Source of the DNA: Eledone cirrhosa
Taxonomy: Eukaryota
Assembly: GCA_964016885.1 (NCBI GenBank)
Contig: OZ024741.1
Span: 188,852,001-188,916,000, forward strand
DNA: 64,000 nucleotides
Direction of reading: 5' to 3'
The translations under genes were made by a program, and so were the position numbers. The notes beneath the pieces were generated by a model that ran no database searches, was not told the origin of the DNA, and saw only the letters and a program-made list of their open reading frames with translations. This document shows, one piece after another, positions 14,947-29,321 of this stretch. Every line of letters starts with the position of its first letter. Position 1 is the stretch's first letter.

Positions 14947-15392
14947 AAATACATGAAGCTGTATATCTGGTGACATACGGTATGCTTATAAATAAACATT
15001 TTGAAAGCCTTCAGCTATGGTTTTAAAAGCTGACAGCACAGCACCATCTAGTGTTTTCTAACAGAAGCTAAGTATGGGCAACTAGTGATGATGATGTCAT
15101 CATTTCTGACTTTTTGTCATTATCAAACTAGTGCTCCTGTCCGCTTACTGCTGTAAGTTAATATAAGCTAAAACATATAGTTTAGAAGCCTATTTACACT
15201 GACTGATCAGCCAAATTTGCATATAGAGTAATGGCTGGCTCTGTCTGGGGATAGATAAGTGCATTAACTCTAACATAGCTTTGTATATAAAATACGTGAA
15301 GTTATATATCTGGCGACATATGGTATGTTTATAAATAAACATTTTGAAAGCCTTCAGCTATGGATTTGAAAACTGATGGTGTAGCGCCACAA
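14947..15392. repeat. Unclassified dispersed repeat with an internal direct duplication; inverted copy at about 21826-22072, fragment at about 38200-38250
   Basis: 14947-15050 is similar to 15289-15392. 21826-22072 is the reverse complement of about 14950-15208. Confidence 0.75.
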
Positions 15393-15860
15393 AGCTATGT
15401 TAATGCCAAGCTGTATCAGTTTTTGTTTTTTTCTCTTGGACAACATTGGTGGTGTGGAAATAAACGCTAATTATATCAACAAAGTCTAGTGGAAGGCAAA
15501 AATGCTTGATAGGAGCACTCTACATAAAGTGTATACATACAAATAGAATCTCACTGTCTCAATGTGGCGAGTGAAGAAAACTTGTGTTATTTTAAAGAGC
15601 TTGGATCAGTCAAAGCTACAGGAGTCATCTCCCTGCTTGCCCTCTATGCCCAAACCCACATAAAGGGAGTTTCAATCTTGGAAATGTGAGGATAGTGTTG
15701 GTTAACTGGAGTTTTTTCCCCACTTGCCATATTCAGAAACTGAGACTATTTGTGTGTTTGTGTATACATATATGTAGATAAGCTTTGTATTGATAATTGC
15801 CAAAATGAATACTTAATAAGTATAATAGAGATTACTATATTCATTCTTAAGGCCAAGCTT

Positions 15861-15914
15861 GAGTCTTGTTACTGTTGAGTTTCTCCTGTTTATTCAGAGT
15901 CATCAGACTTGATC
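15861..15914 (-). ncRNA. Type I hammerhead ribozyme motif
   Basis: Minus strand gt-CTGATGA-ctctg aataaa cagga-GAAACT caac AGTA-ac. Core and stems II/III are intact, stem I is partly degenerate. Confidence 0.65.
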
Positions 15915-16012
15915 CTGTAAATACTCCAGACCCAAGCTTTGCCTTAAAAAAGAAATATATATAATATATATATATGCAAGCGTGGAATATGGACGTTAAA
16001 CGATGATGATGA

Positions 16013-16073
<61 letters not shown>

Positions 16074-16520
16074 GATAAATCTACCAAAAGGATAGATAAT
16101 ATAAGGAACTGTTTCATTGTTTTATTCATTATTTTTTAAATATTTTATATATATATATATATATATATAGTATTTTCTTATTTGGAATACAAAGAAGTTG
16201 AAGTTTAAATGAATATTTGATTAACCAATTTGTAGAGAACATATTTCAGCCCAATGATAAATTTCTCCTTTCACTTGTTTAGAGATCATCAGGCACTCGT
16301 TTGCAAGACATTTAGCAAAAATAAGTATTAATAATTTCATCAAACAAAACAAATAGAACATTTATGTAATTAAAATCGTTAAATAATTCTATTTTATATG
16401 CCTATATCCAAGACAGACACCCTGCACATATTGAACTTAATTTAAGTCTAGTTCCTATAATATTCATATTATGAATTTAATTTAATTTATGTATTCATAG
16501 CTCTGTAGTATTATGGTAAC

Positions 16521-16702
16521 TTGGCAGTATCGGTAGAGGGTCGGACGCCATGCTTTGACGCAAAGAGTTACGTCCCTTTACGATCCGAGTTCAAATCCCG
16601 CCGAGGTTAACTTTGCCTTTCATCCTTACGGGGTCGATAAAATAAAGTACCAGTAATGTACTGGGTAATTTCTGGCCTTGTGCCAAAAAGTAGAAACAAT
16701 TA
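16521..16702 (+). mobile_element. tRNA-derived SINE family A; other copies at 32866-33055(-), 43377-43565(-), 52261-52445(+), 63826-64000(+)
   Basis: B-box-like GAGTTCAAATCCC, conserved central GCCTTTCATCCTTACGGGGTCGATAAAAT, (ATT)n tail. This copy is flanked by a TTATGGTAACTTGG duplication. Confidence 0.85.
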
Positions 16703-17184
16703 TGGTAACTTGGAGATGTATTGAATTATTTCCCTTGTATACATTAGAATTTATGTTACGTCTGTATTGCATAGCTGAGATATACTGCCTAGCCAAGGGT
16801 GTAGAGTCTGCTCCTCCATTCCCCTTCCTCCTTTTTCATAATTTAATTTGGTTCCTATCTTCCTGTTTCTTTACCCTTTTATTTATTTTTCATTCAATTT
16901 TTCACATAATTTTCTTTATTAGATCATGGTCTACAATGAATTATTTTAGGAATCAATTTAAATCCAAATTATATTGGTATGCATTTGTGTAGATTATATT
17001 TCCATGGTTGTATCTATTCAAGAAGCAGACATTTATTTTAAATACAGTTCATAAACTTAATAATAATCTTGATATAAATTATTACTAGGGTGAATGGTGA
17101 TTAGGTAGAATATATTTCAGATATTTAATGTTTTGTAAATCACTCTTACTTTAAATCAGGATTAAGAGAAAATAGGTGATAAAA

Positions 17185-17788
<604 letters not shown>

Positions 17789-18439
17789 TCCCAAGGTAAA
17801 CTCCTCGCTACAGAAGTATTTGAGGATATATATTTATAGCAGGGAAAGTGGACATTAAATGAGGATGATTATAATAATATGGATGTAATAGGAGGGAAAA
17901 TAGAAATGGAAGATGTGAAGGAAAACTTTAGAATAGATAATTTTGAATAAAATAATGATGAAATAGCCAAAAGATAAATGAAAATGATGCAGGTAGATGA
18001 TATAGTATAAAGATGGAGAGAAAATGCCAAAATTAAAACAATTAAATAAAAAAAGAGCTAATGGAAGATAGATAAGTTATTTGATTCAAGAATATAACAC
18101 ATAAAATTGATATAAGATTAAGTTAAATTTAAAATTAATAAATATAGGAAAATTAATACTAATAGAGGTAGCAGGTGAACAATGAAAATTATAATCATGT
18201 ATAATATAATTTTAGAAAGGAAATGAATCAAGTTTTAACACACATCATCATCATCATCATTTTACGTCCGCTTTTCCCTGCTGGCAAGGGTGGGACGGGA
18301 ACTGATTCTGGCTTGATTTCTACAGCTGGATGCCCTTCCTAACACCAACCTCATTTACAGTGAGTGCTGGGTGCTTTTTTTCCGTGGCACCTACACGACC
18401 ACTTTGCAGTGGAATGATAGGGACTCCAGTCTATACTAT

Positions 18440-20795
18440 ATCATCATCATCATCACCGTTTTACGCCCGTTCTTCCACGCTAGCATGGGTTAGACGGGTT
18501 GTCCTGTTGTGGGCAGTGTCTGGTCGGCTGACCATGCCTTGCTCATACAGGAACTGATCTGGCTTGATTTCTACAGCTGGATGCCCTTCCTAACACCAAC
18601 CTCATTTACAGTGAGTGCTGGGTGCTTTTTCGTGGCGCCTACACGTCCACTTTACAGTGTGGGCTGGGTGCTTTTTTGCCGTGGCACCTCCACGACCACC
18701 TTGCGGTGGAGGGGGGGCATATTGTTTATATGCTTCAGCATGTACCCATGGGAGGTCGGGTACCCTGTATTACTGCGTGACGCCAGAAGTCACGGTCGTG
18801 TGTCATTGACTTTGAGAGGTGTAGTTGGGTAAGGTCGGCTTTTATCACCTCATCCCAAGTCATCTTGGGTCTCCCCACTCCGCGGTTTCCATCAACTTCT
18901 AGTGCTCTGCACCTTTTTATGCAGCTGTCATCCTTCATACGCATCACATGTCCATACCAGCGTAACCGCCTCTCCTGCACGCAGCATTTGATTCCTCTTA
19001 TGCTCAGTCTCTCTCTCAATTCCTTTATGCTTTGTCGTTCACGTATATTACTGTTACACATCCATCGGAGCATGCAGGCTTCATTTCTCTCTAATCTACG
19101 TAAGTCTTCCACCTTCAGCGCCCAGGTCTCACTACCATGCAACATCGCTGTTCGGATACACGCATCATACAGTCTGCCTTTCATTCTGAGGGAGAAGCCT
19201 TTTGCAGCTAGCAGTGGTAGTAGTTCCCTAAACTTCTTCCATCCCGTTCTTACCCTAGTTATTGTACTTTCTGAGCACCCACCTCCGTTGCTAATTCGGT
19301 CACCTAGGTAGCAGAAGCTGTCTACTGTTTCTACAGGGCCCTCCCAGAGATTGGTGGTACTTGTTTCCTGTGGCTGTTTGCTTGCTGTTTCAGCACAGCT
19401 GCTGCATGTGAATCCTACATTCTTAATTAAGCTTCCTGAGATCCCGCTACATCTCTTGTGTACCCATTGTTTGCATTTGGGGCAGAGAATGGAGTTCCTA
19501 CCTACACCTTTCCTACATACTGAGCAAGGCCATTTCCCTGAGGGGATCTGGGTTCTGTTTTCTCATCTACTTATAAGGACCTTAGTCTTTGTCATGTTGA
19601 CTTTGAGGCCCTTTCTCTCTAGTCCCTGCTTCCAGGTTTGGAATTTATTCTCTAGTTCTACCATAGATTCAGCTATGAGTGCGAGGTCATCAGCATACAG
19701 GAGTTCCCATGGGCATCCGGTCTTAAACTCCTCCGTTATTGCCTGCAGGACTATGATGAACAGGAGAGGGCTAAGAACAGAGCCCTGGTGGACCCCAACC
19801 TGTACGCTAAATTCCTCGCTATACTCATTGCCAATCCTAACTTTGCTGACTGCTCCCCTATACATGGCTTGTACCGCTTTCACAAGCCATTCATCTACTC
19901 CTAGTTTTCTAAGAGCCCACCAGATTACTGCACGTGGAACTCTGTCAAAGGCTTTCTCAAGGTCGACAAATGCCAAGTAGAGTGGCTTACTTTTAGCTAG
20001 GTACTTTTCCTGTAATTGCCTCACAAGGAAGAGGGCATCAGTGGTGCCTTTCCCTGGTACAAACCCAAATTGCATCTCGTCTATATTCACCCGGTCCCTA
20101 ATCAGCTGTGCTATAACTCTTTCTGTTACTTTCATGACCTGGTCCATCAACTTTATACCTCTATAGTTTCCTCTATCTAGTGCATCGCATTTACCTTTGT
20201 AGCAGTTGACAATGATGCTACTGCACCAATCTTTTGGTATGGCCCCCCTCTAGTATTACCTGGTTAACGATACGTGTGGTTATAGTGTGACCTACAGACC
20301 CAGATGCCTTCAGCATCTCGGCAGCTATACCCGATGGACCGGTTGCCTTCCCTATCTTCATATCTCTGATTGCCTTACTTACTACGCTGCCGCTGACTTG
20401 TACTGCTGGCCCCTCTATAGGGTCTACGTGGGGTAGGGTCTCTTCTTCCCATGCATTCTCCTCATTTAGTAATCTATCATAATGACTCATCCATGCATCT
20501 TTCTTCTCAGCACTTGTGAGGGCAAGCTCACCTTTATCATTCCGGATACACTTCTCTCCAATGACATCACAACTATCTCTGACACACTGCCTCGCAATCT
20601 TGAATACCTCCTGTTTCTGGTCCTCACGTTGTAAAACATGCTTGAATTTTCTATCCTCTGCTTCCCTCCTAGCTAAGTATACTTGTCGCCTAGCTTCCCT
20701 CTTGGTCTCTATGTAATGTACCCTGCTCCCCCCGTTCTTCCATTCTTTCCATGCCTGTCTCTTGGCCTTGACTGCTTCATCTACCTTATTGTTCT
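18440..20795 (-). mobile_element. 5'-truncated RTE-clade LINE with a frameshifted RT
   Basis: ORFs with [50 protein letters not shown], followed by a 3' UTR and (GAT)n tail. Confidence 0.95.
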
Positions 20796-21221
20796 AACTA
20801 TATATATATATATATATATATAGTTAGGGAAGCAGGAAATTGCTTATTGTGATCCAGTTCATGGTTAAGAAAGCCAGTTTCATGGACGGTTTCAACGTAC
20901 GGTTAGGGGTAACTCCACAAGTTTGTAAGAATTCCGTTCAATTTTGGAGTATAAAGTATAACAGAGAAAACACAGGTAAGCATTAAGAGAAGGATTTTAT
21001 CCAGCTATTTACGACCGTTTCATTGGTAAGTGCAACCTTATATTGCTATACTGCAAATAGCAGCCACTCAATTATAATTGTTGTTCACGTCCAAATTTTC
21101 AAAATAGTGAGTGATCACTATTTTGAAAGTATAGCAATATAAGGTTGCACTTACCAATGAAACGGTCGTAAATAGCTGGATAAAATCCTTCTCTTAATGC
21201 TTACCTGTGTTTTCTCTTTTA

Positions 21222-21260
<39 letters not shown>

Positions 21261-22326
21261 AGTTCAATTCTCAGACCGGGTGATGTGTTGTTTCCTTGAG
21301 CAAGGCACTTTATTTCACATTGCTCCAGTTTACTCAGCTGTAGAAATGAGATGATAGGGACTGGGGTCACTATCATTCCACTGCAAAGTGGTCGTGGAGG
21401 TGCCACGGCAAAAAAAAGCACCCAGCACTCACTGTAAATGAGGTTGGTGTTAGGAAGGGCATCCAGCTGTAGAAATCAAGCCAGAATCAGTTCCCGTCCC
21501 ACCCTTGCAAGCAGGGAAAAGTGGACGTAAAATGAAATGATGAATGATGATGATATATTAATATGTGTAGAAGTAAACACAGTAAATTCTGCGTCTAAAA
21601 TTACGAGGGTAGATTTCACCACAAATGTTATATATATTTCAACTGAAACATATATTATGGTACAAGATTTCTTATACATACCGTATCAATAACGATTTCA
21701 TCTCTCGGACAGACTAAAGATTTAATCTGTTTTGCCCTGACAACATTGTGTTTGTAACAAGTAATCCTTAGGCATTTCGTCAGCGAAATATATGTGTGTG
21801 TGTGTGTGTGTGTGTGTTTGTATGATCAGTCAGTGTAAATAGGCTTCTAAACTATATGTTTTAGCTTATATTAACTTCCAACAGTAAGCGGTCAGGAGCA
21901 CTAGTTTAATAACAACCAAAAGTCAGAAATGATGACGTCATCATCACTAGTTGCCCATACTTAGCTTCTGTTGGAACACACCAGATGGTGCTATGCTATA
22001 AATAATTGAAGGCCTTCTAAATGTTTATTTATAAGCACCCCATATATCACCAGATATACAACTTCACGTATTTCATATATATATATATATACTAGACATA
22101 TCCAGTTCATTCTACTTTGGAGACACATACACTCACAGAGAGCATAGTTTTTTACACCAGCCCCCTTCCTTTTACACACTCATACATTCACACACACACA
22201 CAGAGCTTTGTGTTAAAGTTGAAATGCTGTTTGATTTTTTTTTTCACCGTAGAATTTTCACCATCTTTCTTTTTAACTCATTCATCTGATCAGCGGACTG
22301 ACACACAGACGGACACGATTCCACAT

Positions 22327-22793
<467 letters not shown>

Positions 22794-22841
22794 GAGAGAC
22801 ACAGATCTTTGATTTTCATTTGTTGTTCTGTCTTGTTCCAG

Positions 22842-22923
22842 TTCAGCATGTTTTACTGAAACCAACGAATGTAACTGGGTTGACAGCAGATGATAATGCG
22901 GGTCCTCCACCTTATGAACCAAT
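22842..22923 (+). CDS. DNAH12: DNAH12-like coding exon B
   Basis: ttgttccAG acceptor and GTgagt donor, phase 1 matching exon A. Translates (V)QHVLLKPTNVTGLTADDNAGPPPYEP, compare recalled DNAH12 VQSVLVKP...GGPLP. Confidence 0.85.
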
Positions 22924-24261
22924 GTGAGTATTGCATTTTTGTTTATTGTATTTTTTTATGTTTTGGAATACAAAAGAATACAATTTTAACCTAACCATGT
23001 AACAAACCACTGAACATGGCATGCTTTGTTTAGTATTAGGCTTGAGGAGTTAGTAAAGTTGTGAGGCTTATAAGCTTATAAAGTTAGAAAAGAAAGAAGG
23101 TTTGTGAAAGCAGTCGAGGCTGTGGATTTTGTAGTAAATGTGTAGTGCCTTGTGAGTGAAATTAGTTGGTTGGAAACTGCTTTGAAGTCTATTGAGTGGC
23201 CTATAATTCACAGGGCCATTCATGTCACACACTGTGTCATGCTGAATCTTCCTGGGAATTATGTTGAGGGTATATATGTCTGGAATGCTTAAGCATTTGT
23301 ACATTAATTAAATAACTGGAACATTTGTTGTTGGAACTGAGAGAGGTCCATTCCACATCCAACTGTGTGGAAACAGTAAGCATAAAGGGGTAAATAAAAC
23401 ACGGAAGAGTTAATAAGCATTTAGAGATCAGCGTTTTGAAGTAGTAAACTTGTTGGTAGGGTGGAAGGTTGTAAATTCATGGAAGTAATAAGGATACAAA
23501 GGTAAGAATCTTGAAATATTAGTAAGATTGTGGATAAAGTAAACTTGTGGTCATAATTAGCTTATATAGTAGGTAATACATTAGTAGAAGTAATAAACTT
23601 ATAGCAAGTTCATGGATCATGGGGCTGGAGCCTTGCTGGAAGTATTAAGGCCAGTGATGTCATGCGACAGAGAGGGCCTTGTCAGAAGTAGCAGGGCACT
23701 GTGATTTCATGGTATGGAAGGCTGGAAGCAGTAGCATCATTGCGAGACTTCTGCCCAATTTGTCAATGATTGTTGGGGAAGGAGCTTATGATTTTCTGGC
23801 AATAGGGAGAGTTGGGATGAGTGCTTAAGGACCATGGATATACTGCATTATGGAGAATATCAATGATTGAGACATCCCCTGAGGTAGGTGAACTACATTT
23901 CCCCTCTTGTAATATAGACTATTTGGGCATCATGCGTTTTTTCTCCTCATCTCTTCTCTCATTCCTTGCAACAGACAATGTGTCAACAAAGATAAGAATT
24001 GGTAGCGCTGCTATCAGGCCCTTTTGTGGCAAGGATGATGTTATTGCATGGATTCGAAAGATCAAGGTGGATTTATGGTACTCTACTTGGAGGGAATTGT
24101 GTTGTGAAACACCGGAAGGAATGCTGTGGTGTTAGCAACCATGGAGGTGTGCAGCACCAGGCATCGTCCGATGAATGACAAGGAAAGGTGTCAGGATCTT
24201 CACATAGCAAGGGACTGCAAGGAGCTGAGCCATCCTCAATCACTTGTATGGAATAGAGAAG

Positions 24262-24410
24262 GTGTCCAAGCTGGACCAATGGGTGCCCCACAACTTGGCT
24301 GGGTGACAATTGAAACTTCTCTGCTCTCCTACCATTGCACGACCAACTGGTTATGTTCCATTGTCACTGGTGATGAAAAATGGTGTCTCTACATTAATGT
24401 GTTGTAATGA
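24262..24410 (+). pseudogene. Mariner transposase fragment
   Basis: KLDQWVPH and IVTGDEKWCLYIN motifs in different frames. Confidence 0.7.
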
Positions 24411-25228
24411 GGTAGAACCTGTGTCATGATAAAATATGTCCAGGTCACTCTATAATGTGGTAGTGCTGGTGTCATAAAAAAACCCAGCCAGTTCACCTCG
24501 TAATGTGGTAGTCATGATAAAATGCTCAGTATACGTAAAGTGGTTGGCATTAGGAAGGACACCCATCTATAGAAACCAACACAAAATAGAATGTACATTA
24601 AACAGCTATGATGATGATGATGTATGTATATATATATATATATATGGCGATGATGATAATATAAATATATATAGGGAGGGACATACATATATATGCGTGT
24701 GTGTGTGTATGTGTGTATGAATATCAATTATTTCTTTCTCCTATGTTGACTTAATCATACATACACAAATGTACATATACATGTACTTCATTTATTTATC
24801 TTGTGTAGAGTAAAAAAAAAGCATCTAAAGAATATCTTTTTCAGGCAAGTAAATTATAATAAATCAGAACAGTATATTTTTCTTTTTTCATATATATTTA
24901 ATTATTTATATCTATCTGCAGACAGTCTGTTTCAACATATTTTTACCTTGTCAGTGCAAAATGCTACTTGAATATAACATATTATATTCAAGTAACTACT
25001 TGACAATAGAAAGCTATATGATAATTGTCTTCATTAAAATTGTGTTGTCATTCTCAGAAAGCAGGCGATTGGAATAAATTGATAATATAGAAACATGTAG
25101 TATGAAATAAAAATATGAATGAAGGATACTGATTTTAAATGCTATAAGCTTAAGGCTGGCTGGTTAAATATTTAAATATTGATAAAATTGAAACACACAC
25201 ATATAATATATAATATATAGATACACAT

Positions 25229-25262
<34 letters not shown>

Positions 25263-25839
25263 CCGTATGTGGTTGACAGCTGAGAGAAAGGAGTATTCAA
25301 TACCTAAGTAGATTTTTAATATTTAATATTATTAAGGCTAAAAAGTAAGTCTTGTTACTCTGGAGTTTTGCCTGTTTATAATATATGTGTGTATATAATG
25401 TATATATATATGTGTTTGTGTATATACATATATATATATATAGTTGTTATATAGTAAGGTGTATTATTGGTTGTGTCATACGGTCCAATAAACTTTTGTT
25501 AGCAATATTAAGTTCTCCACGCTTTTGTATATCTCCAGTTCCATTTATGGGAACAGCTAGATGATGTAAAATGGAGTATTTGTATCAAAATAAAGATCCG
25601 AAGGCATGGTATAAATTTCCAATCATTTTAATCACGACACATGTTTCAATAAGAGATAGATCAATCATACGGCCATTATCGATTATCACTGATCTCGTCA
25701 GGTGAAAATGAATTGTCTTCAAATCCTTGATATGAGGGAGAAAATTTAATGATGTTCACTCACTAGTTTTGTCCCCCTCTAGTGAGTGAACATCGTTAAA
25801 TTTTCTCCCTCATATCAAGGATTTGAAGACAATTCATTT

Positions 25840-25913
25840 TCACCTGACGAGATCAGTGATAATCGATCATGGCCGCATGATTGATCTATCTCTTATTGAA
25901 ACATGTGTCGTGA
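25840..25913 (+). ncRNA. Type I hammerhead ribozyme with extended stem II (mirror copy on the minus strand at about 25632-25705)
   Basis: tcac-CTGACGA-[gatc..atcat ggccgc atgattgatc..]-GAAAC-atgt-GTC-gtga. Stem I tcac/gtga pairs. Confidence 0.8.
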
Positions 25914-25957
25914 TTAAAATGATTGGAAATTTATACCATGCCTTCAGATCTTTATTT

Positions 25958-25994
<37 letters not shown>

Positions 25995-26739
25995 TCCTGG
26001 GTTCAGTCATAGGTAACCGTAGAAAATAAGGTACTCAATACATTAGTAGAATGTAAACAACAAATTTAATATAGAAATGGCTTCTACAGGACTAGAACTG
26101 TTTCATTCGAAAGAAATCATCAAGTAAGCCAACTGCCATTGTATGTATATATATGTAATATATATATACGTATATTATATATGTAATATATATACGTATA
26201 TTATATATGTATATAAGTATGTTTTGAAACAGTGAGCAAGTTTGAAAATAGAAATAGAAGCTTTCGCCGTATTTTTGACTAAAGAAATTTTAGCCTGATA
26301 GTGGGGTTTAGAACCCTCTAAGAAATGGAAAAAGATGAGTATTGATGTCAATACTCATTGGCTAAAATTTCTTTAGTAAAAAATACGGCAAAAGCTTCTA
26401 TTTCTATTTTATATATATATATATATGTATGTATGTATGTATATATATATTTATATATATGTCAGGTCACCAGTTGGTGCTACTGGTAACATGTATTCCA
26501 GTACAACCTGTCCCATGGTCGGGTCGTTGGCGACTAAACTGGCAACCCCACCAAAGTTTCTTGGTGAGGAGGGTGACTTTGGACATCCTGCAGGACTAAA
26601 AACAAAACCTGTCAAAGGGCAAAGGAGCTCTTAAGAGTCAATGGCCATCCAAAATCACCGGGAGAGATGACCCCTTAGCCTTTGTCAAGGCAGAATTCTA
26701 GGAGAAGGAAAACTCTGATATAACACCTGCAACTCTGAT

Positions 26740-27067
26740 CGTATCCAATGATGTTGACTTGTTCTTCTTTTTGGTAAATATCATCTTGGTTAAGAGAGTG
26801 GGACTGGCTTTGTGCAGTGCTTTTGCTCACTATAAAAGCTTCACGGCACAGGCATTGCTTTATATCTGGAGATCTCTCTGCACTTGTCGTCACATGGTAC
26901 CATGGGCCCAGCACTGTGTGTCAATAATTGTCACAAGTGTAGTGTTTGTACCAGAGTTTTCAAGTCGCTGGCTGGACTAAAAAGTCAGACTCGTTCAGCG
27001 CATCGGTAGGGGTTCTCCTACATGGATATAAAGTAGTGGCTGTACTCGAAAACGAGTTGGCAGCCAC
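26740..27067. repeat. Unclassified repeat of about 330 bp, second copy at 45441-45769
   Basis: Two near-identical copies, both ending in the hairpin GTGGC..ACTCGAAAACGAGT..GCCAC next to (TA)n. Confidence 0.85.
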
Positions 27068-27086
27068 ATATATATATATATATATA

Positions 27087-28770
27087 CTAGCAGAATGGCC
27101 CGGTGTTGCTCGGGCTTCTAAACATAGATTGGGATGTTTATCCCTCCTTTCTGAAGCAGTACAGAGAAGTACGGAATACCTCGGCCTGGGGATGGTGTCT
27201 ACATTTTGTACTTAGGCAAATAATTTTCCATTAAGATTTTTCAAAAGCATGTAATTGCGTTCCCTCTCTTTTTTGTTGTTGTTTTTGCTGCTGTTGGTGT
27301 GATAGCAGCCGTTGGTCATACTACTAACACAGTCACGTCCTTCTTCAGCCAATTGTATATATCCCCTTCTGTCTTGTCTACCTATACAATGATTGTAGCA
27401 CCTCCTTGTACACAATGTTCCTTGTTCTTCCGTGTCGGGCATATGCAAAGAGGTTTGTCTTGCTTCCCACTCTTGAGCAGCCAATGTATAGTTGCCCGTG
27501 TGAAAAACATGACTCTTCCAAAAGAAGACCAACAACACCCTGGGATTTGTTGATAGACATTGCAAAGCTGACACGGTTTGGCGAATGGTTTATTGGTTGT
27601 CTGTTTAAAGTACTCTTCTGGTGGCAGTACGTAGCATCTTGTGACCGTTGAATAGCAGATTCCACTGACGTTTGCCTACCTTGTTCTTTTTCTTGCTGCT
27701 TTCGCAGTATTTCGGCCAATGGAGTCTTCCTTCGAGGCATGACCTAAAAGCAGGACAAAGTACAGTAAGACTAACTGGTAGAGTAAGGAGTAAACTCGTC
27801 AGTGATGCATGTGATTTCCGAACCGTTGACTATGTTATTGCTGGCCTTGTGCCAAAAGTAGTGGGACTTTTTGGGTGGCATATCGGCAGTAACAATGGCG
27901 ATAAGCCGTCTGTGCTTTCGTGAAATAAATACGTTTGTTTATATTTTGTTTTTGTGTATGCAAAAATATCTGTACACGAATATATAATTATATATATATT
28001 AAAATAACAGATTAAAGTTTAAGCAAATAATCGCTGCTTTCACCCTTAACGGAATCTTCTGAAACTAAAAAAATCAAGTAGTAAATATTTAAAAAAACGT
28101 TGCATCTGAAGGAAAACAGGAAGACGATACTTTCGTTCATAAAGATATTCCCTGGCAATGAACGGAAAATAGCGAAGATGATACGTCAGCAATGAGAACA
28201 ATGTTTTCATAATGTCGTAATGCAGACAGCCAGACATACAGACAGATATTATAAGGGCACGACGTTATAGCTATGTATCTATCTAAAAAGACAGACTAAG
28301 AAAGAGAGAAAGAGAGATCGCTAACCAGCGCCTAACACCCCTTTAACAACAGACAATTGAAAAATAAAAGATGCAGTTAATATCTTTAGACCGCAAGGAA
28401 TATATAAATGCAAGTTTGAAGTCAATCGGAGTAGAAATGTGGATTTGTATAGAGTTTGTATAGAACAAATAAGGTTGGTGGTATTCTCAGTTGTAGTTGA
28501 GTGTTCAGCCACCCACACCCCTGCGACTACGCAGGACTGTCGGGATGTTCTGAAAGTTAGAAGGGAACAGTCACTCAAAGCAAAAACATACACATTTTTT
28601 TAGTCCACTCCCTTCCAGCGAAAATTGCCTCAGAAATGTTACCTTTTAATCAATTTTTGCTGTCTGAAGAAATCACGATATCTATCGTCATTGAAATATG
28701 TATAATGGCTCAATTAATAAAGGATCCTAACATCTTCAACTTCACATTTTCCTCTTTATTATATATATAT
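27087..28770 (-). mobile_element. Internally deleted Helitron with a helicase C-terminal remnant (5' boundary uncertain)
   Basis: Minus-strand 3' end is a CCCG..CGGG hairpin followed by CTAG then T. The ORF at 27378-27740 contains RVSFAMSINKSQG..CFSHGQLYIGCSRVG..TRNIVYKEVL (PIF1-like RepHel end). Confidence 0.85.
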
Positions 28771-29321
28771 ATATATGTTTATATACATAGTGATTTTGGT
28801 TGTTGTTTACTTTTTAGAATTGGGTGTTTCTGTAAGAAATTTTTCGTTTTCTTACCTTTTAATAAGAGAGTTAAGTTTAGTTGTATGTATGTGTATATCT
28901 CTGTATTCTTTATATTGTAAATTGAAATGTATAATCTATCGAATAGTTAGATGGACTAGGGGCTCACATCTTGATTGCATATATCCTTGCACTCAACTGA
29001 AAGTATTTTATCATGGCACCAACACTAGAGAAGTTGTCATGCCTTTGACACTCCTGACCTTTTACTTGTCAGGTTTTCTATGGCTGGCTGCCCTTAAATT
29101 CACCAACCACTTTACAGATATATCTATATAATTGTTATCTTACTGTGTCCAAGGAGATCCATAGTTGTCGTCAATGTGCCAAGGAGTGCAAGTCTCTAGC
29201 AGGCTTGAAAAGCCAAGTGTTGCACATGTGAATTTGACAAGCAATTACAATACTCTTAGCGTGAGTTTGCAGCCATCATGTATGTATTTATGTACATATG
29301 TATGTACACACACACATATAT

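Noticed and set aside
16230-16300. Minus-strand hammerhead (CTGATGA...GAAATATGTTC)
   Set aside because: The GAAA register is ambiguous and there is no convincing stem I.
21681-21790. Minus-strand hammerhead (CTGACGA...GAAATCGTTA)
   Set aside because: Stems I and III pair poorly. It may be a decayed copy but cannot be supported.
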